A DNA stretch of 63,992 nt, counting the filler, from an uncultured Methanosarcinales archaeon (GTDB lineage: Archaea; Nanobdellota; Nanobdellia; Woesearchaeales; CAYSVS01): assembly GCA_964434475.1 (NCBI GenBank). It is 5 parts of 5 records of this genome, joined end to end, with 100 filler letters (N's around TTAATTAATTAA, not from the genome) between each part and the next. Parts side by side here need not be neighbours in the genome. Positions count along the whole stretch, not along the records: positions 13,724 to 27,301 come from CAYSVS010000031.1; positions 27,402 to 40,825 come from CAYSVS010000032.1; 3 more parts are not named here. One strand, written 5' to 3'. The position numbers and the translations under genes are program-made. Numbering within the stretch: the stretch's first letter is position 1; each line of letters begins with the position of its first letter. Shown one piece after another: positions 18,074-28,273 of this stretch. A model generated the notes under the pieces. The model was not told where the DNA came from. It searched no databases and was given only the letters and a program-made list of their open reading frames with translations.

Positions 18074-19792
18074 TTATCTATGCCTGTGAACTGGATGTTT
18101 ATGTCCTAGATTCTTTCTGTGTTTTAAATGTTCAATATGGGCAATTTTTTCTTTCAGAAACTTATTTATGCTTAACTTATTCTTTTCTATCATTGTTGAG
18201 AAGTGTTTTCCTCCCAAAAAATGAGGCATGATTACATATGTTGCTCCCTGTTCATAAAGCCTTTCTGCTTCATCGATTTGATGAGAGACTACTGCTATAA
18301 CGCATTTTTTATTTACATCTCTTATTTTATTTATGATCAACAGATTAGTATCAATCAATGGTATTGTTGAAATCACCATCTTTGCTTTATTAAAATTGAT
18401 TTCATTCAATAGTTCAGAGTCATTTGCATCACCATATCTGCAGTCATAACCTTCTTTTGATAATTGTGTTATGATTTCAGGATCATAATCTATCAATAGA
18501 AATTTCTTTTTTATTTTTTTTATTGATTCAAAAACATCAAATCCTATCCTGTTATATCCAAATAGTATTATCTCGTGGTCATTATCCTCGTGGTATTTGT
18601 GTTCATCCACTTTTTTGCCTTTTCTTTCAAAAAATGTAAGATATTTTGAAAGCTTTGAATAAATCTTGTTCGAGTAAATGATCATATATGACGAACCTGC
18701 AAAAGTTATCAAACCAATTGCAGTTATAAGCGATAATATTTCTTGTGAAATATGGCCTACTGAAACACCTAGTGCTACAACTATTAAAGAAAATTCGCTT
18801 ATTTGTGCCACAGTCAATCCAGATAGAAAGCTGTTTCTTTTAGTATAACCTAATAATCCCATCAAAGTCATGACAATGATCGGATTTCCTATCAAGACAA
18901 AAAATGAGAGTCCTAATATGATTGATACATCTTCCACTATATTTGCAAATATCATTTGTGAACCCAACATTATAAAAAATAATATCAGGAAAAAATCCCT
19001 TAGAGGCTTCATCTTTGAACTGATCTCGAAGTGATAAGGTGACATGGAAAGTGTAATTCCAGCAAGCAATGCTCCAGCTTCAATTGAAAAATTAAGGTAA
19101 TAAAATATAGATGCAATTATGAAACACCAGCTAATAGAGAACAAGAGTAAAAATTCCTGCGATTTTGCTATTACTTTCATTAATTTTGGAAGAACATATA
19201 TTGTCAATAAAAATAGAACTATTATTCCTTCTATACCTTTCAAAATAGTCTCTATCGCTAATGATGTTAAGTTGGTTCCATTGTTTAAAGATGAGATTAT
19301 CAATAAAATAAATATTGCTATAAAATCTTGGATTATAAGAAATCCTATAGATATTCTTCCATACAATGATTCTAGCTCTTTCTTATCAGAAAGTAGCTTC
19401 ATTATTATAATTGTACTGCTGAACGCTAGAGCAATAGCGATGTATAAGCACGTTATTATTGAAAATCCTATTAACTTTGCTATAACAAAACCTATTGAAG
19501 AAGTAAATATAACCTGCCCTAAACCTGTTATCAAGGATATCTTACCAACGTCCTTGATTATTTTTGGATTAAGATTAAGACCTACAAAAAATAAAAGCAA
19601 TGCAACACCTATCTGAGAAAAAGCAGTGAGTGTATCTGTTGAATCTATTATATTAAGTACTACAGGTCCTGCTATTATGCCGCTTAAAATGTACCCTATT
19701 ATTGCAGGCTGTTTTAAAATTCGAATAATGCCTGTAACAATAACTGTTATTGCCAAAAGTGTACTCAATTCAATAAATATTTCTGGGTTCAT
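18074..19792 (-). CDS. CPA2 cation:proton antiporter (Kef-type) with TrkA-N/RCK domain
   Basis: Many TM helices; FSSTIII, QDF, AQISEFS; C-terminal GYNRIG, YGDAND. Confidence 0.93.
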   Translation of the reverse strand: MNPEIFIELSTLLAITVIVTGIIRILKQPAIIGYILSGIIAGPVVLNIIDSTDTLTAFSQIGVALLLFFVGLNLNPKIIKDVGKISLITGLGQVIFTSSIGFVIAKLIGFSIITCLYIAIALAFSSTIIIMKLLSDKKELESLYGRISIGFLIIQDFIAIFILLIISSLNNGTNLTSLAIETILKGIEGIIVLFLLTIYVLPKLMKVIAKSQEFLLLFSISWCFIIASIFYYLNFSIEAGALLAGITLSMSPYHFEISSKMKPLRDFFLILFFIMLGSQMIFANIVEDVSIILGLSFFVLIGNPIIVMTLMGLLGYTKRNSFLSGLTVAQISEFSLIVVALGVSVGHISQEILSLITAIGLITFAGSSYMIIYSNKIYSKLSKYLTFFERKGKKVDEHKYHEDNDHEIILFGYNRIGFDVFESIKKIKKKFLLIDYDPEIITQLSKEGYDCRYGDANDSELLNEINFNKAKMVISTIPLIDTNLLIINKIRDVNKKCVIAVVSHQIDEAERLYEQGATYVIMPHFLGGKHFSTMIEKNKLSINKFLKEKIAHIEHLKHRKNLGHKHPVHRHR

Positions 19793-20209
19793 TTTTTATC
19801 CTAGTAATCTTTAAGTAAATTTATAAGGTGCTTGTGAGTTCAATATGTAAAAGTTCAGCTTGTTCTTTTCTTAAATCAGCATAATTCATTTTGCACTTCC
19901 TATTTTTATTTCGTTAACAAATAATTCTTCTTTTATGTGGGCACAGATCATGTCTCTTCTAATTCTTGAAACTGAATCTCTTGTTAATTTTTCATCTCTC
20001 ATATGTATTTTAAAAATAAAATAATATATAAAGGTTCCCATATTGCGAAACAAAGAAATAATGAGAAATTAAATCATGTTAAAGATGTAAAATAGGTGTG
20101 CGTTTTGATGTATATTTTATACTGCTCATTGTTTTTGATATATTTCATGCAGACTGTGTTGAGCTCTCGTAAGATATGGTTTAGTGATGATGAATCTTAT
20201 GTGTATTTT

Positions 20210-20668
20210 TTATTCTGCCATTATTTTTCCGTGTTCTTTTACTGTTTCAAGTACAATAGTTGAATGTGTTTTTTCGATCTCTGGCCAGGATCTTAATCCT
20301 TTTATTCCATAGAGGATGTTTCCTAATTCTTTTGTGTTATTTAATAATGCTTTTACCATGATGTCGTGGCTGCCTGCTGTTATGAACGTTTCAATTACAA
20401 AATGCCTTTTTTTTAGTTTATCGGCTAATTCTCTTGCGTTCTTGTCAGGAGAAACAACTACCTGAATAAATACGACAACCTTTTTTCCTAGTTTTTCTGG
20501 GTCTATTATGGCTTTATATTTTTTTATTATCTTTTTGTTTTCTAATCTTTTTATCCTGTTAGCTAATGTGGTTCTCGGTAAATTCAGTACTTTGCTTAAC
20601 TTGAATATTGTTCTGTTTGAATTTTTTTGCAGTTCTTCAATAATTTTTTTGTCTATTTTATCTAACAT
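20210..20668 (-). CDS. Lrp/AsnC transcriptional regulator
   Basis: LDKIDKKIIEELQ, RIKRLE, IDPEKLG, AGSHDI. Confidence 0.92.
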   Translation of the reverse strand: MLDKIDKKIIEELQKNSNRTIFKLSKVLNLPRTTLANRIKRLENKKIIKKYKAIIDPEKLGKKVVVFIQVVVSPDKNARELADKLKKRHFVIETFITAGSHDIMVKALLNNTKELGNILYGIKGLRSWPEIEKTHSTIVLETVKEHGKIMAE

Positions 20669-20842
20669 GCTTTGTGTAAAATAAGGTATATATTTAAACT
20701 TTATTGATTTTAAACGTGATATTTTTTATTTTTAGACATTATGGTTTTATTTTTATTTTTTTAGGTTATTTTGTTTTTTAAATAAGAAATTTCGGGTTTT
20801 TTGACTATATTTTTTTAGTTAAATATATATACTTCTTTCTTT

Positions 20843-21142
20843 TTGTATATGTTGGTGATATGTATGGGGCATTCCAAGGTAATATTAAAATATATAGATT
20901 ACAGTCAGAAGGATGTAATAAAAAACTTTGCGCATTCCGTAAGAGTACCGGCTATATTGTGCAGTGATGATGCTTATAGAAAGTATGAAGGATTGAATGT
21001 GAAAATAGATTCAATTGGATCTTTTTTGGATAATCTGACAAAGGTCAGTACAATAGTTGAGTTTTTTTATTGCGATTTGAACTCAAGAAGCAGGCTTGTA
21101 AAGATGTTGGATAATAGAAAGATAGGTTTTATAGAAGAATGA
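20843..21142 (+). CDS. Hypothetical protein
   Basis: ORF fills the gap; real start probably the ATG at 20864, after GGTG. Confidence 0.55.
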   Translation: MYMLVICMGHSKVILKYIDYSQKDVIKNFAHSVRVPAILCSDDAYRKYEGLNVKIDSIGSFLDNLTKVSTIVEFFYCDLNSRSRLVKMLDNRKIGFIEE

Positions 21143-21943
21143 TCAAGCTTTAACGATCTTTTCCATAGCTTTGACAAAATCTTCAGCTTCTTTAAAATAA
21201 CTGTCATATTCTGGTCCTGATATTGTCTTAATCTCTCTATGTGTTATTAATTTCATTAGATTATAGAATTTTCTCATTGTACCAACGTATTTTTTGTTGA
21301 TTACCTTTTTTGCTACTAATTCAGACTGCATCAAATCAGCTAATTCTGACGGTGCTGGAGGAACAATCTCTTTCCTCATCAATGCTGCGTGTGCAGAGTC
21401 TGTAACTGCCCAATATAAGTCTAATGTTGCTTGTAGAATGTGCCATTTTGAATTATATAATGTTCTAGGAGAACGTTCAAAATATGAATGTATAGCTTCC
21501 ATAGTCGGTCTTATCCTGCCCTGCTTAAGCAGATATTGTGCAGGTGTAAAGAAATTCTGATCCATTATAGGAGCTCCATCCCTTAATATATTGATGATTA
21601 TAGGATCTCCGTTCCTTACATAATCCCAGAAGCTCGTAAACTTAAGGCTAATTATATGCAACTTTGTTGAAATTTTATTGACTGTATTTTCTGTTATTAT
21701 CCTATATGCTTCTACTACTTCTGGAGTCATTCTTATGCTGATATCATCAACAACTACAAGAACATCTATATCTCCTTTCTCTTTTCTGGTACCTTTTGCT
21801 GCGCTGCCGAACATAACTATGGCTTTGACGAAATTGCCAAATTCTTTGTACATCTCTTTTGCAAAATCTCTTGCAATAGTTAATTCGTTGGTATTGTACT
21901 TATTTATGTTAGGATTTGGTCTTTCCTTGATTTTAAAATTCAT
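21143..21943 (-). CDS. Minimal nucleotidyltransferase fused to a HEPN-like domain
   Basis: FGSAAKG...DIDVLVVVDD; C-terminal LYWAVTDSAHAALM...AEDFV. Confidence 0.85.
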   Translation of the reverse strand: MNFKIKERPNPNINKYNTNELTIARDFAKEMYKEFGNFVKAIVMFGSAAKGTRKEKGDIDVLVVVDDISIRMTPEVVEAYRIITENTVNKISTKLHIISLKFTSFWDYVRNGDPIIINILRDGAPIMDQNFFTPAQYLLKQGRIRPTMEAIHSYFERSPRTLYNSKWHILQATLDLYWAVTDSAHAALMRKEIVPPAPSELADLMQSELVAKKVINKKYVGTMRKFYNLMKLITHREIKTISGPEYDSYFKEAEDFVKAMEKIVKA

Positions 21944-22046
21944 AATTATATATTTTTGTTTTTGCTTTATTAATGTTTTGTAAGGATTTAGTAGTAGTCA
22001 ACACCAAACAAAGAATATTTAAATGCGGATTATAATAATCCTAAAA

Positions 22047-22700
22047 ATGGTGCAAAAAGAAAATTTAGAGAAAGTGATGAAACATAAGGTTGAGCCTATT
22101 ATAGAAGAAGCCATGGAAAAATATCTAGGAGTAAAGATAGGCAAGATAAACGAGGATATAAGTGATAAGATAGAAGCTACTCCTCTGATTAGTTTTAGTA
22201 TAGATATAAGCATACCTTATAAGATCGCAAAGAAGATGTTCAAAAAAGATTTTTTGACAAAAGTTATCCAGACACATTACTGTAATATTTCAAAGGTTGC
22301 AGAAATATTGGATGTTAATAGGAGAAGTTTGCATAGGGTGATTAAGGATTTAGGTATAGAAGTAGAACAGTTGAGAAAAGAGATGCTAAGACCTACTTAC
22401 TATAAACAGGAGATGGTCGATACAGTGTTGAGGAAAGTTCTGGACAATTATAAGACTGTACTGCATCCTAGAAGATTGCAGCAGGCATACGATAAGGTAG
22501 AGATGTTGAGTGAGAATATAGCAAAAGAATTGGCTGGGCAAGAGCTCACCTTGAAACAGGCAGAAGAGATGTTTGAGAAAGAATATCTTCGTAAAGCGAT
22601 AATAGAATATAAAGGCAATATAACAAAGACAGCTAAAGCAATCAAGTTAAGGTATGAAACTTTGTTGAGGAAGATAAAAAAATTAGGCATAGAGTTATGA
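22047..22700 (+). CDS. Protein with two Fis-type HTH domains
   Basis: NISKVAEILDVNRRSLHRVIKDLGI and GNITKTAKAIKLRYETLLRKIKKLGI. Confidence 0.8.
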   Translation: MVQKENLEKVMKHKVEPIIEEAMEKYLGVKIGKINEDISDKIEATPLISFSIDISIPYKIAKKMFKKDFLTKVIQTHYCNISKVAEILDVNRRSLHRVIKDLGIEVEQLRKEMLRPTYYKQEMVDTVLRKVLDNYKTVLHPRRLQQAYDKVEMLSENIAKELAGQELTLKQAEEMFEKEYLRKAIIEYKGNITKTAKAIKLRYETLLRKIKKLGIEL

Positions 22701-22984
22701 TCTATTAATTCTTGTTATTGAAAATATCGCAGAGATTTAAATGAGGGTTTAATGGTTCACACTTTAGTGCGAGATTTTTAATCCTATAAATTTGTCTTAA
22801 TAGTGAGTCTGTAATACGGGGATATGCTGATAAATCGTAGATTTGTGGCTTGTTGAACTTTGTTTAACAGGACGAAAAATCAAAAGACAAATTGTTGTTA
22901 TTTTGGTAATTTTATCTTTTTAAAACTTTATTTTGACATTCTAATATGGTAATGTTTATTAATCTGTGTTTGAATTGATAAATT

Positions 22985-23332
22985 ATGGCTAGAAAGATAT
23001 ACGGCGTAGATTTAGGGGATGATGTAACTCCTTTGATGATAAGGGATGCTATCATAAATTGTTTTGTTGAAGCTCATAATTCTGTTCTTGAACAGATGAG
23101 AGCTTTTATAGATTTTGAATCTGAAGAGAAGTTTAAAGAAACAAAAAAGACTGAAGTTAAATTGATACTGATAAATATATTTCATGAGATAAATGGAAGT
23201 TTTGACAATCCTACTAAAGAAGATCTTATAAAAGTCTGCGATAAACTGGCAAAAATAGCTAAAAATCACAGAAGCGATGATATAATTAAAAAGAATTATG
23301 GAGACATAATGCAGTTGATAGAAAGATTATAA
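22985..23332 (+). CDS. Hypothetical helical protein
   Basis: 115-aa ORF with a TATA-like box upstream. Confidence 0.75.
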   Translation: MARKIYGVDLGDDVTPLMIRDAIINCFVEAHNSVLEQMRAFIDFESEEKFKETKKTEVKLILINIFHEINGSFDNPTKEDLIKVCDKLAKIAKNHRSDDIIKKNYGDIMQLIERL

Positions 23333-23337
23333 TTCTT

Positions 23338-24423
23338 TCATTCGTTCAACTTGAATTCTTTAACCTCTAGTTTACCTTCACTCGCTTTGATGATATAATC
23401 CTTGTCTTCTTTGAAGTTAGTCAGTTTAGTGACTACTTCAGGCATGAGTATTCTTTTAGCTCTGAAGTCAAGGTTAGTGACTATGTCTTGTGTGGCTTTA
23501 TGTATTCCTAGGTCTTTTAATATTTCTTTGCTTCCGGTCTCTTTATGTCCTTCTACCCTTATTTTTGTTTGGTCATACAAGTATTTTGAAATTTTTTCTG
23601 CAACATTCACTTTTGTAGCTGCTGTTATGCCTTGTAATCCTGGAGAAGCATTTATCTCTATAACAACCGGGCCTTTACTGCTTTCAAGTATGTCGACACC
23701 GCATATTTCTGCACCTACTGATTTTGCAGCTTCTATGGCTATCTTTTTTGTATAAGTATCAAGTTCGCAAGCTTCTCCGTATCCGCCTGCGTGTATGTTG
23801 GCTCTTGTTTCACCTTGTTTCGCAACCCTTTTCATACTTGCAACTACTTTGTTTCCTATAACTATGGCTCTTATATCTATTCCGCCTGTATCGACGAATT
23901 CCTGGATAAGGAATGGCTGTTTCAATGCTGTAAGTGCATCCATCATCGATGTTGCACTTGCTAATGAATCTGCGACCATAACTCCTTTCCCTTGTGTTCC
24001 TTGCGGAAATTTCATGATGATAGGATAATTAAGGCTTTCAAGAATCTCTTTTGCTGCTTCAGGTGTTGGTGTTAAGTATGTCCTGGGCATAGGAATCTTG
24101 TTTCTTTGCATCTCTAATTGTGTAAGCAGTTTATCGTGCACAATGGTGAAAGAGCTCGCTTCTAAAGGCATATATGTTCCTTTTGATGATAATATGGTTG
24201 TTACTGCTCTCAAGAAAGGTGCATATCTAAATGAGCCTTTAAGATATACGCAGTCATATTTGCCAAATTGTTTTCCTTTGTATAACAATTCAACTCTTTG
24301 GTCTCCAAGTATGACTTCAATATCTTTGAGGTTGATCTCATCAACTTCTTTGAAATATTTTCTCATTTCTTCAGCGGTCCATTGCGAACTTTTGCTTCCT
24401 AAACTTATTATGGCAGCTTTCAT
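23338..24423 (-). CDS. rimK: RimK-family ATP-grasp ligase with C-terminal AbrB-like domain
   Basis: DKLLT, IPMPRT, GTQGKGV, IQEFV, DIRA, RANIHAGG, GVDIL, EINASPG. Confidence 0.9.
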   Translation of the reverse strand: MKAAIISLGSKSSQWTAEEMRKYFKEVDEINLKDIEVILGDQRVELLYKGKQFGKYDCVYLKGSFRYAPFLRAVTTILSSKGTYMPLEASSFTIVHDKLLTQLEMQRNKIPMPRTYLTPTPEAAKEILESLNYPIIMKFPQGTQGKGVMVADSLASATSMMDALTALKQPFLIQEFVDTGGIDIRAIVIGNKVVASMKRVAKQGETRANIHAGGYGEACELDTYTKKIAIEAAKSVGAEICGVDILESSKGPVVIEINASPGLQGITAATKVNVAEKISKYLYDQTKIRVEGHKETGSKEILKDLGIHKATQDIVTNLDFRAKRILMPEVVTKLTNFKEDKDYIIKASEGKLEVKEFKLNE

Positions 24424-24435
24424 TTTTTATCAACC

Positions 24436-24774
24436 TTATTTTTTACTGGGATCTATCAAAAATCCTCTTAATTGATTCTGACCCAGTAATACTCTGTATT
24501 TCATATGACTTCTATCTGCTAAAGTAAACAAGCTTCTGAATTTCTTTCCTGCGATATCCAATTTAGCTTCAACAACAGCTCTTGTTGAGTTGCCGTGTGC
24601 AGAATTTACTCTCTTTGTCTTGATTATAGGGCCCAGGTTTAGTTCAGATGCAAGCTTTACATCTATAGAACCTATTGTTGCTCCAGTATCTATTCTTGCT
24701 GTTACTTTATGCTTAAGGCCTGTAGGGCCTGTAAGTTCAATCTTTTCGCTTAATCCTATAACTTGTTTATTCAT
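24436..24774 (-). CDS. RimK-associated retropepsin-like protease (RimB / 'ATP-dependent Zn protease' family)
   Basis: ARIDTGA, FTLADRSHMKYRVLLG, FLIDP. Confidence 0.88.
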   Translation of the reverse strand: MNKQVIGLSEKIELTGPTGLKHKVTARIDTGATIGSIDVKLASELNLGPIIKTKRVNSAHGNSTRAVVEAKLDIAGKKFRSLFTLADRSHMKYRVLLGQNQLRGFLIDPSKK

Positions 24775-26260
24775 TTTTGTTTACCTCTATTGGTTTCATC
24801 GTAGGAAATAATATTACATCTCTGATAGAATCTATCCCAGTAATAAGCATAACCATCCTGTCAACTCCAAAACCCAATCCGCCTGCAGGAGGCATACCGT
24901 ATTCCATAGCTTCAACAAAATCTTCATCCATAGGATGCGCTTCTTCATCTCCTGCTCTACCTTTTTCTGCTTGTTCTTTCAGTAATTTTTTTTGTACTAT
25001 AGGATCATTAAGTTCACTATAGCCGTTTCCGCATTCAAATCCTGCAATAAAAAACTCTGTTCTTTCTACAAGTTTGTCATCGTATTTCGTTTTTTTGCAC
25101 AAAGGTGTGCTTTCTACAGGATGATCCAATATGTGGATTGGTTGTATAAGTTTAGGCTCTACCAGTTCTTCAAACAATAGGCTTAACGCAATATTTTTTG
25201 TAAAGTCTCCTTCATATTCTATGTTGTATCCTCTCATTATGTCTTTGATCTCTTCGTCGCTAAGATTGTCTATGTCTATTTCTCCGTGTTCTTTCAAGGC
25301 TTCTTTCATAGTCAATCTTTTCCATGGTGTTTTTAGATCTATTTCTTTGCCTTCAAACAGGATTTTGGTAGTGCCGTTTATCTTTTTGACAACATGCTCC
25401 CAAAGCTCTTCTGTCAGGTTCATTATGTCTTCTCTGTTGGCATAAGCCCAATAATATTCTATCATAAAAAATTCTGGGTTGTGGGTCTTGTCACTGCCTT
25501 CATTCCTGAAATTATAGTTCATATCATAAATCTTTTCAAAACCGCCTACCATCAGTCTTTTTAAGTATAGTTCAGGACTTATTTTGAGATACATTGGCAT
25601 GTCCCATGCATTTATATGTGTGATGAAAGGTCTTGCATTAGCACCGCCGTACTGTGTCTGTAATATAGGTGTTTGTACTTCTAGAAACCCTTTGTTGTCA
25701 AGAAAATTCCTTATTTCGCGGATAATTCTTGATTTTTTGATAAAAGTATCTTTTATTTCGTGATTCATTATCAAATCAAGATATCTTTTTCTGTATCTGA
25801 TCTCTTCATCCTTAAGTCCGTGATATTTTTCAGGAAAAGGTCTTAATGATTTTGAAAGCAATGTAAGTTTTTTTACCTGTATACTTACCTCTCCTGTTCT
25901 TGTCTTAAAAATATTGCCTTCTATGCCTACTATGTCTCCTATGTCCAGTAATTTGAATACTTTGAAATCTGTCTCATCAACATTGTCTTTTCTTATGTAT
26001 AACTGTATCTTATCTGTTTCGTCTAGTATGTGTGCAAAAGCTGCTTTGCCCATCTTCCTAAGCTGCATTATCCTGCCTGTTATTTTAACTTCTGTTTTTG
26101 AATGCTCTTCTGGCTTTAATTTTTCGTGTTCTTTTTTGATATCTTTAGCATTGCTGTCTTTTTCAAACTTATATGGAAAAGGATCTATGTTCAATTCCCT
26201 TATTTTTTCAAGTTTGTCTTTTCTTTCTTTTATCAGCTTATTATCTTCTTCATTATCCAT
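24767..26260 (-). CDS. lysS: Lysyl-tRNA synthetase, class II
   Basis: OB-fold N-terminus; RYRKRYLDL, GGANARPF, FRNEG, HNPEF, YGMPPAGGLGFGVDR. Confidence 0.97.
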   Translation of the reverse strand: MDNEEDNKLIKERKDKLEKIRELNIDPFPYKFEKDSNAKDIKKEHEKLKPEEHSKTEVKITGRIMQLRKMGKAAFAHILDETDKIQLYIRKDNVDETDFKVFKLLDIGDIVGIEGNIFKTRTGEVSIQVKKLTLLSKSLRPFPEKYHGLKDEEIRYRKRYLDLIMNHEIKDTFIKKSRIIREIRNFLDNKGFLEVQTPILQTQYGGANARPFITHINAWDMPMYLKISPELYLKRLMVGGFEKIYDMNYNFRNEGSDKTHNPEFFMIEYYWAYANREDIMNLTEELWEHVVKKINGTTKILFEGKEIDLKTPWKRLTMKEALKEHGEIDIDNLSDEEIKDIMRGYNIEYEGDFTKNIALSLLFEELVEPKLIQPIHILDHPVESTPLCKKTKYDDKLVERTEFFIAGFECGNGYSELNDPIVQKKLLKEQAEKGRAGDEEAHPMDEDFVEAMEYGMPPAGGLGFGVDRMVMLITGIDSIRDVILFPTMKPIEVNKNE

Positions 26261-26345
26261 TTTAGGAATAGAATAAATAATGTATTTTTAAAGGTTTTGC
26301 TTGATTTTGGGTTGTTTTTATAAAAGAAAGCGTTTTATCAATGTT

Positions 26346-26711
26346 ATGAGAAATATGACTTGTGAAACCGAGATTTTAGAGAATATAATTAAATTATCTG
26401 TTCGTGAAGACGGCAGGCTTTTGGGGTATTATAATCTGCATATTCATGAAGATTATGATTTAAAACGGCTCTATGGAAATATATTTTCTTATCAAAGGAA
26501 TTCAGGAATACCTAGATTGTTGATCGGGTGTGCAGTAAAAGAAATAGATAAACTTGCTAAAGAAACAGGTGAAACTTATGTTCATAATCTGCATTTAAAT
26601 TCAGATAAGTCTAGATCTAAACTGCTTCATATTTATCTAGAAAATGGATATAAGGATAGTGCTTCAGATGGAAAGTATTTGTATAAAGTATTTGAATCAC
26701 ATCATAGGTAA
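26346..26711 (+). CDS. Hypothetical protein (possible GNAT-like fold)
   Basis: QRNSGIPRLL and IYLENGY resemble GNAT motifs A/B; weak. Confidence 0.55.
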   Translation: MRNMTCETEILENIIKLSVREDGRLLGYYNLHIHEDYDLKRLYGNIFSYQRNSGIPRLLIGCAVKEIDKLAKETGETYVHNLHLNSDKSRSKLLHIYLENGYKDSASDGKYLYKVFESHHR

Positions 26712-27047
26712 ATTGCCTGTGATTAAATCTATTTCTTCTTCTTTATCAGGACCTATTGCTCCACAGGTTACTGTTCCTGGTTTTATGACTGTCTTTCCAG
26801 CGTCTGTTATTGTTGAGGTTGTAAGACCTTGGTCTTTAGCTTGTTGTATGTATTTGTACAATTCTTTGTCATCCTTTATTTTCAGAACCACTTTCTTCTG
26901 GCCTTCTGAATGCCATTTTTTTAGTTTTGTTTTGTCTGTTTTTAATACAGCTTCAACAGCAGCGTGTGCTGTCTGTGCAGCCATCTTGCCTTTTGGCAGC
27001 TTTAGGTCTTGACGCATAAGTATAACTTGTTTCATTTCTTCTGTCAT
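26697..27047 (-). CDS. pth2: Peptidyl-tRNA hydrolase Pth2
   Basis: KQVILMRQDL, GKMAAQTAHA, GQKKVVLK, DAGKT, IGP. Confidence 0.96.
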   Translation of the reverse strand: MTEEMKQVILMRQDLKLPKGKMAAQTAHAAVEAVLKTDKTKLKKWHSEGQKKVVLKIKDDKELYKYIQQAKDQGLTTSTITDAGKTVIKPGTVTCGAIGPDKEEEIDLITGNLPMM

Positions 27048-27842
27048 ATTAGGAATGTAGATGTTTGGGTTTTTATATTTATTGTTTTCTATCTTTCAAT
27101 ATTTTTCCTGTTTTGTAATATAATTGCTGATTTCACAGGTAAACGTATTTTCTAATTGTAAAACAATACTTTTTATTTCAGGATACTAGCGAATCTTGTG
27201 TGCATGTGCTGTAGTGAACGAGACTTGTTCTACAGAGCCATTTTTCCGATGATGGGTCTTTGTTCTGGCTTTTTAAAAAATAACAAAAACGCTTCCTATG
27301 GNNNNNNNNNNNNNNNNNNNNNNNNNNNNNNNNNNNNNNNNNNNNTTAATTAATTAANNNNNNNNNNNNNNNNNNNNNNNNNNNNNNNNNNNNNNNNNNN
27401 NTTTATAAACCAACTTGATCAAATAAATTTTGCAGAATTATCGAATTTCACAATTTAATCTCTTTATACAGATAATATTGTTTATCTTTTATCATAATGT
27501 CTAGCTTCTGTTCATCTGTCATTTTTTGCTGTTTGAACATGTTTGAGAAGTCATTATAGCATTATTGTTTATCTTATCTGATTGTTGTTCTATTACTATA
27601 TTTATTATTTTAACCTTGCCTGAGCTTATTTTTATGCGGTTTTGCGCTAGAAACACATTGATAATTTTAAGACAACTATTGCTGATGCTAAAAATTTCAA
27701 AATATCCTCTTTCCTAATTATTATACAAGAAAGTACGTTATTTAAATATTTAGAACATATATCAATGGTAAAACTCTTGTTTTCATCATAAAGTTTTTAT
27801 ATGTGATATTTTATTCTAAATTTAAGATATGTAAGGTGGTAT

Positions 27843-28271
27843 ATGATGAAAAAAATATTAATGATCTTGATTTTTTTGGCACTTATAGGATGCACTAAAG
27901 AACTTCCAGAAGAGGTTGTTGTTCCAGAATCAACAGACATACCTTCTATTTTGAACTGCGAAGATTATGTGGATGAGCTTCCTGGTGTTGATGAAGTCAT
28001 AGTTTATGTATATGATGCAGAGACAGAAGAAAATTTAAAGGATTATTCTGTTTATATAAACGATATCTTTATAGATCCTATGTCTATAGAAGGTTTTGCT
28101 TTTCAGGATTATGAAGGAGGTAAACTCTTCAAGTTCTGTGCAAGAGAGAAGTGGGCTTATGGCATGGAGATAAAAAAAGAGGGTTATGCAGATAAATTTA
28201 AGATAATAGATACTCATGGTGAAGTCGGTAGAGAGATGGATATATACTTAAATAAAAAGAAAGAAGAATAA
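27843..28271 (+). CDS. Putative lipoprotein with beta-sandwich (PEGA/carboxypeptidase-regulatory-like) domain
   Basis: Lipobox LIGC; VYDAET and KEGY motifs. Confidence 0.7.
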   Translation: MMKKILMILIFLALIGCTKELPEEVVVPESTDIPSILNCEDYVDELPGVDEVIVYVYDAETEENLKDYSVYINDIFIDPMSIEGFAFQDYEGGKLFKFCAREKWAYGMEIKKEGYADKFKIIDTHGEVGREMDIYLNKKKEE

Positions 28272-28273
28272 AA

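Noticed and set aside
19800..20200. Short minus-strand ORFs (38 and 22 aa) upstream of the antiporter
   Set aside because: Too short and no recognisable motif
27190..27301. Hairpin CTGTAG...CTACAG and a GGCTCTGTAGAA-like possible IS end before a linker
   Set aside because: No second copy in the window and truncated by the gap; too little support
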